From positions 212,835 to 276,834 of the forward strand of contig NMRA01000114.1 of assembly GCA_002633005.1 (NCBI GenBank): 64,000 nucleotides of DNA. Direction: 5' to 3'. The translations under genes were made by a program, and so were the position numbers. The DNA is from Phoronis australis (Eukaryota; Animalia; Phoronida). Of this stretch, positions 13,501-25,872 are shown one piece after another (positions within the stretch are counted from its first letter, which is position 1; each line of letters opens with the position of its first letter). Below the pieces are notes generated by a model. The model worked only from the letters and a program-made list of their open reading frames with translations, did not search any database and had not been told where the DNA came from.

Positions 13501-13909
13501 TTAAAGCAATAAGTTCGAGTTTGAACTCGAAATTTCGAGTTTTTACTCCAGTTTGTAGCATTAATATAAGGGTCTTCAAGGGCAAACATGAACTAGAAAC
13601 TCCTATGCATAAACTATAATGTATTCGAACACAGTCTGATAACCAATTATCTTAAGTTAGCACAAAAGGAGCAGAGAAATTGCCAAAAATAGTTTCGAGT
13701 TCGTTTCGAGTACAAAGATTAGAGACCGGGCCCTGGTTCCTGAGCACGATGCTTCATGCTGTGTTTTACTATGTTGGTAAAAATTTGTTGACGCATGCAA
13801 CGCGTCAGTCACAGGGCTGGTAATGGTCTTGCTTTGTTGTAAGGTCGCTGTATTTTATTGCCATCCGGTCATACTAAGTCGATTTCTAAGTTCCTGAACG
13901 AGGCTCCAC

Positions 13910-13910
<1 letters not shown>

Positions 13911-13949
<39 letters not shown>

Positions 13950-13973
13950 CACACACACGCACACACACACACA
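13911..13973. repeat. (CA)n microsatellite
   Basis: About 30 CA units with two CG interruptions. Confidence 0.95.
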
Positions 13974-16504
13974 CTCCGTTGTGACATGTAGCAGTTGTAC
14001 TACACTTTTTGAAGGCGTGGACGTTAACACCCTAAAGGATTCGTCGTGTGGCTACAGTTCAACTGAAAAAACCAAACGCATTCAGTTATGTTTGCTAGAC
14101 TGAATCTCACTTAGAAATAATGAAAAAACGATGAAATTTAGTTAATAATTAACCCATCAACTAATTCAGGCTCCGTATTATTCTAAAATTATTGACATTA
14201 TACCGTAACTTGAACAATTCAGGCCAAGTCAGAGAAAAAATGTACGTTCACGATCGCTTTTTTGCGTTCACGATCACCATAGAGAATTAACGACATCGTT
14301 CCTGCTTGTATTGGTAAATATCTCAAATTGTGTCACAAATCTTAACTAAGAAAGGTGTCACCAGGGACGATTAAACTATAAACGTCACACGTCTCGTTTT
14401 AAGAACCCTGGAATTGCTAATAACAAGTAGACATTGTCGATTTTACGAGGCGCAAGGCATTTTACCGAAAGCCGTTGCTTTCTGAGCTCTCAATTTTAAA
14501 AAATAAGCAAAAGCCAACTATTATTTCAGATCCACAACAAAGGTTATACTCTGACGCTTTTCTGTGTATAACATTTGTACCAAAATGGCCTCTATTTAAG
14601 CAGAAAATGACAGTTAAACTCCCCGGGTACGTGACTGTCGTCTGCCATTTTTGGTGCAAGCTCTCGTTCTCGATCGCCTTCCGGGCGTTCTCGTGATATG
14701 TCTTTCTTGACGGAATATTTTTGTATCAATTGTCAGAACAACAAGGTTTGTCTGGCGATCCTAAATAACCATTGGCACTTGTTAAGTATCAGTTTCAACT
14801 TGTCATAGAAACAAACGTCGTACGATTCCATGAAGCATCACTGAATTTACCACGCGCATTTCTGTTATTAAGAATAGTAAGAAATTAATGAAATAGTGAT
14901 TTTTCTTTATTAATACTTTCGATAAGTCTCATCATGTAATAATTCAATTTGACTACCTACAGCAACAGACATCATTACTCTGAGGTTTTCACAAGATCCT
15001 GTAACGGTTTTACTAAAACAAACGCTGCTTCAATACTGGCACAGGCGTCGTGTAGAAAACAGCCAAAACTGTCCTTTTACGAACTTCACTGAGCGGCACA
15101 GGCAAAGTTCGTTTGTCCTTTAGTCCCTTAAAATTTGTTGTCGGGCGCTTCTTAAAAAGGTGACAAGTTTCAAACAGAATCTCTAATAACTTGACCGATC
15201 CGTTAAATAGTAGGACTACTGAGACACTATGCTCGATCACCAACGCGTAGGAAGCGGTGGTCTAGGGAGGGAGCTCCCCTCTCATCGAAATTGGGCGGCA
15301 AAAGGCCGCATCTCTACTAAAGTGACCGAAAAGAAGCAATGGCTGATCTGCCGTTAAGTCTAAGGTATAGCATCGAAAAATGATCGACAAAACTGAGTGG
15401 GTGGAGTGGGAGAGGGAGGGGGTTCATTGTGACTGTGGGAAGCTGGTTGCCAACCGGGGAATGGGATACGCCAGAAATTTGTAACATTCTTGATCCGCTA
15501 GGTGACGCTTAGCGCCATATCCCTAACCAATCATAACAACGCACAGTTAGGTTAAAGGTCAGGAATCTTGGGCGCTAGTACCGTGAGCTTGAAGTCAGTA
15601 GTCTGCAGAGCAAAGTCAAGTTTACAATAACAGTATTTGGAATTTCTGGAATTCCACAGTCTACAGTACGACAGTGCTAGCCGGATCATTGGGGGTCACA
15701 ACTCTCTGTTAACTTATACACATAACCAAAACAAAAGTGAACTGAACGCCAGCCAGCCGCGTGTGCTTGCATTGGCTTAAGAGGGCTGCCAAAGCGCTTT
15801 TTATTAATCTTCAGATGTTTGCCAATACAAATTTGGGTGCGGAATCCACTCCTAAGTAACAGTAATGAATTAAAACGAAGGACAACGTACTGTGGATCAC
15901 AAAAAACGGAACAACATTTTGAAGATAACTATAGTACTACTGATCACAGACGAAATCTGAATAAAACTGTATAAAATATGACTTTTTTCAAACTTCGAAT
16001 GTATGTCTAAACTCATACCGGATGAAAAATGAACATAACATTTTCTTACCGATTCTGAGCTAGGCTTTCAGTTAGAGTGCAATTTTCAATGCAACACAGC
16101 CAGGCGATCGGCAATTGAACATTTCATCTCACAGTACTGTACGTGGATCCATTTTCTGAACACAAGAGACGTGAAAAAATTTTCGAAAAACAGCATGAAA
16201 TTTGGATTAGCAACCTCTGAGTACTCCAGGTAGTCACCTAGGCTATCGGCAAATCCGATGGCAAAATGAATTCAGCCACAAACGTGACTTCAAAATGAGC
16301 TATGCGCTCAAACATTGGCTTCCGGACGATCGTTAGCATAGGCCTCAACGGGGCAAACTTCAAACTTCAAGAGACGTGGAAAAAATTTCACCAATGACGC
16401 TGATATTTGGCAGTAACAAGTCTTAACATACACTCTATGCCACAGGTCATCGCAAATTGTGTAGTCTCTCCTCACTTGTAAATTGCTGATTGTAGCCTGT
16501 TCTT

Positions 16505-19500
16505 TAGTCGGTGGGCCAGGTCTCATAGCGTTCATCCTTGTGAGTACTTTGGGGGGGCAACCTAGTTTTTTCTATGTGGCTAGATAATATAGCTATAAAT
16601 CAAATTCCAAAAAGTTCCCACGTCTACACTTGCACATTTTTTTTAAAAAAAGGTGTTTTTGTTGCACAAAATATGATGCACATTCCTGCCACTTGATGGC
16701 GCTTTTCTATTGAATTGACCAATCAGAGAGCCAGATTGTATTGTTGTGCTTAGTTATTTCAATATGGCTGCTCCCATGGAGTGTGATGCCTGTATAATTC
16801 AAGGTTTATCAAACAGCACAAAATTGTAATGTCAGAGCTTAAAGAAGCTTAGGAAAGCTTCCTGATGAAAGCTTATTGACTGTGGAACTCTGTAGATCAG
16901 TAGATCAAAAAGAAGAAGTGGTGTCACAAACGTTTGTGCAGAAAACAGCTGCATGTCCTGGTAGCCTACACAGTATACTGCTGAGTGCTGTAGACTAGAA
17001 GACCAAGTGTCACATCAAAAAATTGAATGGACATAGAACGGCATAGCAACGTTTCAAGGCACCAACAGTAGTACTAAAGCTGAAGTTGCTGAAAGTGATA
17101 CAGATGTTATCCAAGATTTCCCAAGAAAATCAATTATACTTCCAAAATCTGAAACACCCAATTAACCTGAACAAGATAGGAACATTCTGAAACATGAGTG
17201 CATCATTTGTTAGCAGGAAAAGTACATTATGGGCCACATTTCAAGAAAGAAAAAGAAGTATAGCTTTCAAAAACAGGTACGTGTTTTTTAAAAATACATC
17301 TTGGTGTTTTCCATGTGTGTTTCAGTATTATCACCAGTTGTTTTTTAACTTGTTCAGCCCCTTGGCTGCCTAGGCATTAGACAATACTGTTGACCCAGTA
17401 GAGACGATGATCATACCATAGGTACTTCATATGCCGGATACTTTTCGGCAAATTATGTTCCTATAAGTTTAGAAGTACCGCGTAGAGAGATGCCTCTGAG
17501 GAGGTCGTTAATGTTTTCATTTGTTCCCAGTTTAAACAAATACTCCTGCAATCCTGTTTTTCGAACACTCCATTCAGTTGCCACATCGACACTGCTTGCG
17601 CTAAGGGATAATCCTATGGCGTTATACTGTGGGTGTGATTTTAAAGCACTTTAAGTCAAAAATTTTTGAGAAGGTTAAATGGAGTAGATAGTTGCAAACA
17701 ACATGCCCAAGTGGCCGTCATCCCCTGCCGTAGTCTCAATTTTTTGTAAACATTAATTACTTAGGTAGCTGCAATGATAATTAAATTAAAGTGCCTAAGT
17801 GGCCATCGTCGCCGTCGAAATTTGAGGACGATGGAAGCCACTGTCCATTTCGTCAAACGTCGATTACCTTAAGTGTAAATCGATTGACTATGGTTTGAGC
17901 ATCTGATTTAAAAAAAATAAATTTCAATCACTGCACAGGTATATCAGCTGATTTATTTTCAGCTGCATCTACTGATCTAATTATTAGACGATCAACATTA
18001 TTAGGCTACAGATCAGACGGCATGTAAATTTGTTAGGCTGGTGGTGGATCAGCTCCTGATACGTCCGTCTGAAAAAGTTGCATGCCAACTCACTCATAGT
18101 TGAATGTTAAATTAGTGTTAACAGTTCGGGTTTTTTTCAGTTGGACTTGTATCGCAAGCAACAGCTCAGTCCAGAGCCCTGAATATGCAAATGAAATTCA
18201 AAGATAAAGACCTTGTGTCTTAGAAGCCAAGTACCACAGATCATCATGCTGTAAAAAAGAGAAAGACAAAGATTGTGGAGAGTGACGAATCCCCAGTTTT
18301 CAGAGATGTTTTTCTACAGTTTTGTTTGGAGTTCATTGAATCAAAGCTTCTAGCACATGGAGATGTCATTTGCCTTTCAAAAATAAAGCAAGACTTTGAA
18401 GCTGTTCTTCAGAAAGCTGGTGTGCATGAAGTTATTTGGACAGGCAATCTTAAGAAATATTGTTGAAGCTACTCACTGTTGTAGTTTGTGCCTGACTAAG
18501 AGATACGAAAGTGAATTGAGGCTAGTGTTCAATAATTCACTTGCTGACTCTAATTAACACAGCCCATTGTAACATATTTTGAATCAAACGTTTGCCCAAA
18601 TAGTGCCCGCCTCCAAACAAGGACTTAGTGTTTGACCCTTCATTGCCTGCGGGCTAATCACCAGTGTGCAGTGCTGTACCCTCTCTAATCGACCATAGTT
18701 GGCTCCTTGGCGGTGGAGCTTTGCAGTTAATATGTATGGCAATGACCGCATCTCCATTGACAGTACTAAACGATGAACGCTGCAAGTGCAAAAAGAACAT
18801 GTGTGCTGGGAAACTGAGTTTGTGCTGCAATGCTGGGTCAAACTGTACAGAAATGTGCAGCTGTGACAACTGTAGTAACATCAGCAACACTGACTGCATA
18901 ACATTGGATAGTTCTTTGACAGGCCAACCCTAAATAGACCTCCAACCCCGTTATTTCCTTTTTTGTATTAAAAAGTTAATTTTATTTGTTGATTAAGTCA
19001 TAGAAAGTACATACTTTGATCATTGTCATGTATTTGTCTCATACTGCTTAATAAACGCTGTCAGAATAATCTATTTTAATACAGTCTTTGTGCACATTCA
19101 CAGAGATCATTCAACTATATTGTTTTTGTACTATAACATATTTCTGGTGTATTATGCAAACAAGCTGTATTTTACACCATTAGTCAATGTTTTAGTCATT
19201 GAGGCACAAATTTTGCCCAGTCTCAAGTGTTTTGTGTTATTTTTGTTGCCTGACAATGCCAGAATAACTTCCTAGAAACATTCAGACTTAGTTTGTATTT
19301 TTGCCACTAGGTGTCTCTTTACGTTTTTTAAATTTCACTGTTTACAATTAATTTACAATAGTAAAACATGTAATGTGAGTGTAATATTGTTCAATACAAT
19401 GGCACTGATGGGACCATATTACTTGTTTTACAAAAAAGTCACCAAAACTGTTGTTTTTACAAATATAAGTTTACTAAGCTCTTTGGTGATTATTAGGTAA

Positions 19501-19667
19501 CTTCAAACTCAAATTTCTCAAAAATGTGCAACTTTATACGTGGGAACTTTTTAGATTTTGAAAACACTCTAATAAATGAATTAAAAAACACCAAAATAAA
19601 ATTGCCCCCCTAAAGTACTCACAAAAACCATTTTCTAGAGGCCCTACAAAATCTGGATCACCGACTT
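16505..19667 (+). mobile_element. Decayed, internally deleted Academ (AcademX-like) DNA transposon
   Basis: Termini TAGTCGGTGGGCCAG / CTGGATCACCGACT; subterminal inverted repeat TGTGAGTACTTTGGGGGGGCAA / TTGCCCCCCTAAAGTACTCACA; EAKYHRS remnant near 18222; C-terminal Cys8 finger CKCKKNMC...CCNAGSNCTEMCSCDNC (18781-18880). Superfamily call is from recalled architecture; no clear TSD. Confidence 0.7.
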
Positions 19668-21099
19668 GTGTATTTCTAATGGAGGGCTGATGGCAGGATT
19701 TAGCGCATGCGCAGTAGTGCATGTTACAAATTTCTGGCGTTTAGAGTAGTGTGACTCTTGTATGAACCTGTGTCCTTTGGGCGCACCTGATGTGCCTTTT
19801 TCAAATTGTCATGCCCAGCAGACTTGGTATAATTAAATCAGTAAAATGTGAAACAGAAACCCCCAAGGGCAATCGAAATAAGAACAGACTTTTTCATGTA
19901 AAAGTTGCATTTTTATTTAAAAATTACATGCATAAAGGTAACCCGACAAAGACTTCCAACAGACTGGCGGAATGAGAACACAATAAGTTGAGTAGAATCT
20001 CGCATTTTTGGAACAGTATTGCGTTTTAAAAGACGTGCGTGGGGGCGCATTGTTGCAATGTACTATGTGTCTCTTTATTTTTCATGCGTTAATGGCGCAA
20101 ACTCACGGTCTAGGAATATCCCTTGGTGTGCTTAAATTGCCTTGTAATATTGGATTATTTGATGGTACCTCGCTTAACTTGGCTCCCGGGGACAACTGCA
20201 TCCCCCTCAATGCCCCTCTCGCTGTATACGTCACCAGTTCGAAATACGCGCTGGCCCGGTGTCCCGGAGCAATGGATTTGCGGCCGAGCCAGTAAATTTT
20301 AAGTTAACATGGCACCTGGGCCAGTAAATTTTTAGAGTCACTGGCCAGGCTGGCCAACACATTTATTTGCTGAAGTTCGAACACTGTAACGTCACTGGTT
20401 GAATAACGAATGGTACGTCCGATTGTCTGTTAATCATTTAAGACCTGAAGTTTAAGGAAAAGACCCCGGTCGGCAATGCGCATGTCGATTACCTGAAACC
20501 AGTGGTATTATTAGCGTATTTAGACTCTGTTGTGAACTTAAACTCGTGACATATGCTCGTTCTTAGCTATGTATGCGATGAAAATGTGTTAATAGCATGC
20601 CCACGTAAATGTGGGTAATGTGGGTTACAACGGGTCCGAACGCAATCCCTGAGGTCATCTGAAATTATCCTTCAGGCTACGAAAATACCAAGTCTGGTGC
20701 CTCAAGGCTGGCAGCTGAAATAGGAACCGTCCATCACAAGGTCAAGTCAAGGTGAGCCTGCAAGAATATGTGACGTGAACAGCTCACTGATCACATTGGG
20801 AGTGGAAAATTGGTCTGGAGGAGAGGCATAGAGAAAGAGAAGAAAGGGAAAAGTAAAAAAATGATCCCTTACCACAATTTTGCGCCTACCCGTTCCAATT
20901 ATCTGGCTACGGGCATGCCGTTTCACATAAGCGGCGCACTCAAAAAAGTGGGGGGCTAAAGCCTCCTCAGCCCCCCTGTGGTACACCACCTATAGACCAT
21001 CTGCGGCCTAGCACTGAAGAAAGTGGGGGCTCATGTTACAACGGTTGTTCACTATTGTCAATAGAGTCAACAACCTCACTGTGATAAACTGTCCTTCGA

Positions 21100-21326
21100 C
21101 GAATCTCAACTCATTGTTTTCTACAATCCGCGTTTTAATTGCGTTGCATTTACTGTATGTTTTCGTGTTACTGTGGCGAGTAGGCTTGCGATCCTAATGT
21201 AATCACTGCGGCGAGATGTCGATCATGAATTCTGATTTGATGGGAAGGCGTGTTTGCTGATCTGACTGTGTTTGTCTGAAGATTTTCCATCAATTCACGA
21301 ACATTCTTGAAGATTCTTGACCTCAG
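21100..21326 (+). other. Possible non-coding 5' exon of neurensin
   Basis: Strong donor CTCAG|GTAGGA at 21326/21327, about 2 kb upstream of the CDS; left boundary is a guess. Confidence 0.3.
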
Positions 21327-22549
21327 GTAGGAGCATTTGGATGATGGTGTCTTAGTTTTACTGTGATTAAACTGGTTATGTATATATGTGATAAAGTGTT
21401 TATTGACTGCACGATAGCGATCCTTTCTACATCATTTTGACCACTATCCGACGAAACTATAAACAGACGAGCATGTGTTCGTTTTACCTGACCTGTACGG
21501 TAGTTAGTTATTTTGTACGTTGCGCGGAGTCGTTACGTCAGACACAATTAGATAGGCCAAGCTTGTCATATCTGTCGGAGGAGGGGTTACAAGCTGACAT
21601 ACCAAAAATTCTAAAAAAAAAAACTGTTTACTGTCCTAATATGAAAATTCTTAAAAGTAAAGTGTGTTCCAGCGACTCTGCCCCAGTATTTGCCCTTCGC
21701 CATATTTTCTCTCCTTGCTTTAAACGATTATAAAGTGTTTTCCGCTTTCGTTTTTGTGTATGACAATGTGTCTACCGGGAATGTTCGCAACTGGCTCACA
21801 AGTGTAGGCTCGCATTCTTGTTCTTGTAGCCACACTGAATAAAAAATATCTAAGGTACCGTTTGCACCATAAAATGTCTTAGTCATTCGATGTCGCTGGC
21901 GATTTTTGTCATTTGAGGCAGGCTGATATTTAGAATACTAGAAAGGTAAAAATTGTGCCATTTTGCCAATACATGCCTTGGGTTTACCTTCAAAAAGTCT
22001 CGGAATCGTACTGGTTTTAGCCTAAGTTTATAGACTTAGCGATATTTTCCAAGCGCAAAATACAATGAATGCTTTTGTTATCTTGTTGTTTTCGTCATTG
22101 TGGTTCTACGAAATGGTTGATTTGTAGTGAAGTTTATGAGGTTATACGACATGGAAATACTACAGCTACCTGGGAGATGAAGTTATCACCAAGTACCTTT
22201 CCTTGAAATTTGTGAATTTTTATTGTGTACATGGGATAGAAATACGTGTTGTGTTTTTTGTAAACATTGGTTTTCTCGTGAAAACATGCTGAAGTCTTGA
22301 CAAAGACAGAAGTCTACTCTGGAGACGTAGAGCTTATAAGGGCGAAGAGTTCCACTGATCACTGAGCGGTATGAGTTTACCGTCTGGTCCTGCCGTATCT
22401 GATCAAACTTGCAATCTCGACGGGCTATAATTGGAATAAATGCCTTTCTTCAGTTCGTTGCATGTTTCAACTTGGAATTTTTAAGGAGGATACAGGTTGC
22501 TTTTTTGCTTTATGCCGAGCTATTTGAAGACTTTGTTAAGCGTGAGGGG

Positions 22550-22780
22550 AAAACGGTCTGGGACGAGCGTCTAAAACGGTCTGGGGTCGACGTCTAAAAC
22601 GGTCTGGGGCGGGTGTCTAAAACGGGCTGGGTCCGGCGTCTAAAACGGTCTGGTGCCGGCGTCTAAAACGGTCTGGGGCCGGCGTCTAAAACGGTCTGGT
22701 GCCGGCGTCTAAAACGGTCTGAGGCCGGCGTCTAAAACATTCTGGGGGTAGCGTCTAAAACGGTCTGGGGCCGGCGTCTA
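22550..22780. repeat. 23-bp minisatellite (CGTCTAAAACGGTCTGGGGCCGG), about 10 copies
   Basis: Directly visible period of 23 (units start at 22568, 22591, ...). Confidence 0.95.
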
Positions 22781-23456
22781 ATCTTTGTACTGGAAATAGA
22801 ACTCGAAATTACTTTTGACATTTTCTGTTGTACTTTTGTTTGAACTCAAGATAGGTGACTATTAGTCTGTGCTCGAGTACATAGTGGTTTATGCATATGA
22901 GTCTGTAGTACAAATTTGCTTTTGATGGCTCCAATATTTGTGCTACAAACTCGACTAAAAATACGAGATTTCACACTCAAACTTTTAACCTTTGCATGAT
23001 GGTGGGAAAGTAAAATTAGAAAGTAAGCCATTATGTCTTTGGGAATAAAATAATAGTCAATTCAATTATTTTCCGTTTGCTCAAAAGTAGAACAGAAAAT
23101 GACAGAAAAGTGAACTCAAAGCGAGGTTACAATAGCAAAGAAAAACGCTCCTAAAGAAACGTGACAATCATCAGCCTATAAGAGCCAAGAGCTGACCAAA
23201 CTCGAGGCACGTGATAACAGCAGACCTATACGAAGGCTGGGAAAACGACGTGTAGTCCAACACAAGGGAATAATGGAATAGACCGAGATGAGGGGGAAAA
23301 GGAGTAAGACGGGTCCATATGCTCACATAAATATGTTTAACGAGTGAAATACCATTTCGCCCAACTGAAACCTCCATTAAAATTGCAGGGAGTTGTCTCC
23401 CCACGCGCCAGAGGAAGTCAAAAAGCAGATTATCAGACACCTCTCAAATTGTCTTG

Positions 23457-24134
23457 ATGTCTAAGGATAAGAACGGGGATAAAACAGCTTTCGTAACGTC
23501 GTCCTCTAAAGATGATCCCAACAGCAGCCCCACTAAGGCCCGTGGTAACCGAGCCCAGCTTCAACGAAACCCGGAAATGGAAAAAGTGGACGAATCCGAT
23601 TTCGAACCATTTTCCGGCGAAAGGAAGTCTACAGAGACTGGTTATCCGGATTATTTTGGAGTGAAATCGTATCTCCCTAACTTTTATGAGTACACAGGGA
23701 TGAACAAAGCAGATATGGCCGGTCACAACGACGATGACGAAGACGAGTATTATTATTATTTATTGCATCCCAATCATGATAAGAAACGAAAACGGTGCAA
23801 ACTTGTGTGGTGGAAAATGTTCGTAGGGATTGGGGGCAATTTTCTTGTGTTTGGAATCATAATAATGCTGGTCGGTTATTTAGTACCTCGGAAACCGGAT
23901 GTGTTGGTCAACAAGGAAAGATACTCGGTAGTAGATTCCGAAGCACAGCACTACAATTATATTTTGGAAACCTGTAAGTTGATCGGATTGATCATGTTCT
24001 GTGGCGGTGGACTAATACTGTGCATCGCACTACTTTTTCCCAGCTTTCTTCACAAATGCTTCGAAGACAGGGAAAATGAAGAAAGTGAAACCGTCATGAT
24101 GTCATGGACTCGATACCCACCATACCGTGAATAA
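23457..24134 (+). CDS. NRSN1: Neurensin (vesicular membrane protein p24 family), single coding exon, 225 aa
   Basis: FGVKSYLPNFYE matches the neurensin GVRSYLHxFYE motif; VWWK followed by TM1, GYLVP, VVDSEAQHYN..LETCKLIG and TM2. ATG at 23457. Confidence 0.9.
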   Translation: MSKDKNGDKTAFVTSSSKDDPNSSPTKARGNRAQLQRNPEMEKVDESDFEPFSGERKSTETGYPDYFGVKSYLPNFYEYTGMNKADMAGHNDDDEDEYYYYLLHPNHDKKRKRCKLVWWKMFVGIGGNFLVFGIIIMLVGYLVPRKPDVLVNKERYSVVDSEAQHYNYILETCKLIGLIMFCGGGLILCIALLFPSFLHKCFEDRENEESETVMMSWTRYPPYRE

Positions 24135-25300
24135 TACTCTTACAAGGAAGTCACGCGTTTCTAAAGATATGGGGGAATTTTCACCGCTCGTCCTTCTGAG
24201 CTGCTTGTACCAGGATCAGAGAGAGCACGGCGCCCGATTCCAGCAAGACTGAATTAAACGTAATTATCCGACATTAGACTGTTTTAGACATCTCTGACTG
24301 TAAATAATGGCGAATTTTCAAAATGCATTGACCACTAATTTTCGTTATAAACGAACACCACGGCAGTATTCAGCTGGAAAAAAAAAACAACCAAGTACTG
24401 TTTTCGATTTTTAAAAATCGATGAACTAATAATCTATAAAATACAACCATTGGGTACGATTGAAGATAAACTACCGCGCGTATTGATATACTCGGTGGAT
24501 ATACAAACGCTGATCAGAGTTAACAATATCACATGCATTCGTTTTTTAATATTCTTTCAATTTCGTTTAACCAGATTTTTGACCAGGAAACAGTTGCTAT
24601 TCCCACTTTTCATTTTTTGTTACTGACAAAGAGCTAGAATAGTTACATAGTCAGTGTCACCGAAATTGTCCAGAGATTCCAAATCTTCAATTTGGTTATC
24701 ACCATATTTGCACTTTTGTATATATTTTATGATTTGAGTTATGATATAGATTAAACTTTAATGACACGTGAAATGTTTAGTGTACCTGTAATGTGGCAAA
24801 TTTAGGGATGAGCTCAAAATGAACTTAACCAATTAAGTTTAGCTGGAGATAAAAATCTACCACAGCTTTGGTACTTCAAGTTCAAAACATAGATAAAAAG
24901 TTATCAGCCCGTTCCTGGTAAGAAAAAAAAAAACAAGTGGGCAGAAGCATTAAAAATTAAATAAAGAAAAGCAATATGAAACTCATCGTTCCTTTGGGAA
25001 GTGGCCCTTTCTGAAGATAAACACAAGTTAACCTTTTTAGTCCTTTTGTAATATTTATAATGTACCAAGTTAAAACTACTCTCCAGAGTTACAGGCTGCA
25101 ACTCTGCAAATGTCAGAGAAAACTAAATTGAGGGTACTAACAACAACCATTGTAGAGACAGTAATGCTAGCAATTACCATTCCACTTCATTGGCTCAGAT
25201 TTATATCAATACAAAGGGCGTGCTGAATAGGCATCGTAAGAGTTGTCTGGGGCTTAGGGAAACAGAGCGGTCACCAGTGTAAGCGAGAAATTCCCCACAT

Positions 25301-25602
25301 GAGTTTTAAGAGATGTTTTGCTACGGTTTTTGTTTGCAGTTCATTGAACCGAAGCTTTTAACACATGGAGATGTCATTTGCCTTTTCAAAACTAAAGCAA
25401 GATTTTGAAGCTGTTCTTCAGAAAGCTGGTGTGCATGAAGTTTTCTGGACAGGCAATTTTAAGAAATGACTGTTGAAGCTAAACACTTTTGCAGTTTGTG
25501 CTCAACTAAGAGAGACGAAAGTGAAATGAGACTAGTGTTCAATAATTCACTTGCTGACACACTAAGTAACACAGCCCATTATAATATGTTTTGAATCAAA
25601 CA
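25301..25602 (+). mobile_element. Academ fragment
   Basis: Colinear with about 18296-18590 (CATGGAGATGTCATTTGCCTTT, GAAGCTGTTCTTCAGAAAGCTGGTGTGCATGAAG). Confidence 0.8.
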
Positions 25603-25872
25603 TTGAATTACTGGATTTAATCATTCTCTCTCCATCTACCCACAATCTCAAAACATAGCTACCTTTTAAACAAACCCAGGCAATCTCTGACACCTAACTT
25701 TCCAACTGCACTTTACCTTAAAACAAAATCGAGTACCTCCCAGTAATTAGCACCAAAATGCAGCAGTTTATCTCTATTTACGTCATCGCTCCTTTTTTAA
25801 TAACAGAGAGTCTTAAAACGTGGCACAGTCTAGTGCAACCTCTGTAAATTAATTCTGTGTCAGGTCCATTAT

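Noticed and set aside
18664-18933. Metallothionein or tesmin-like gene
   Set aside because: The Cys-rich peptide is the C-terminal zinc finger of the decayed Academ element.
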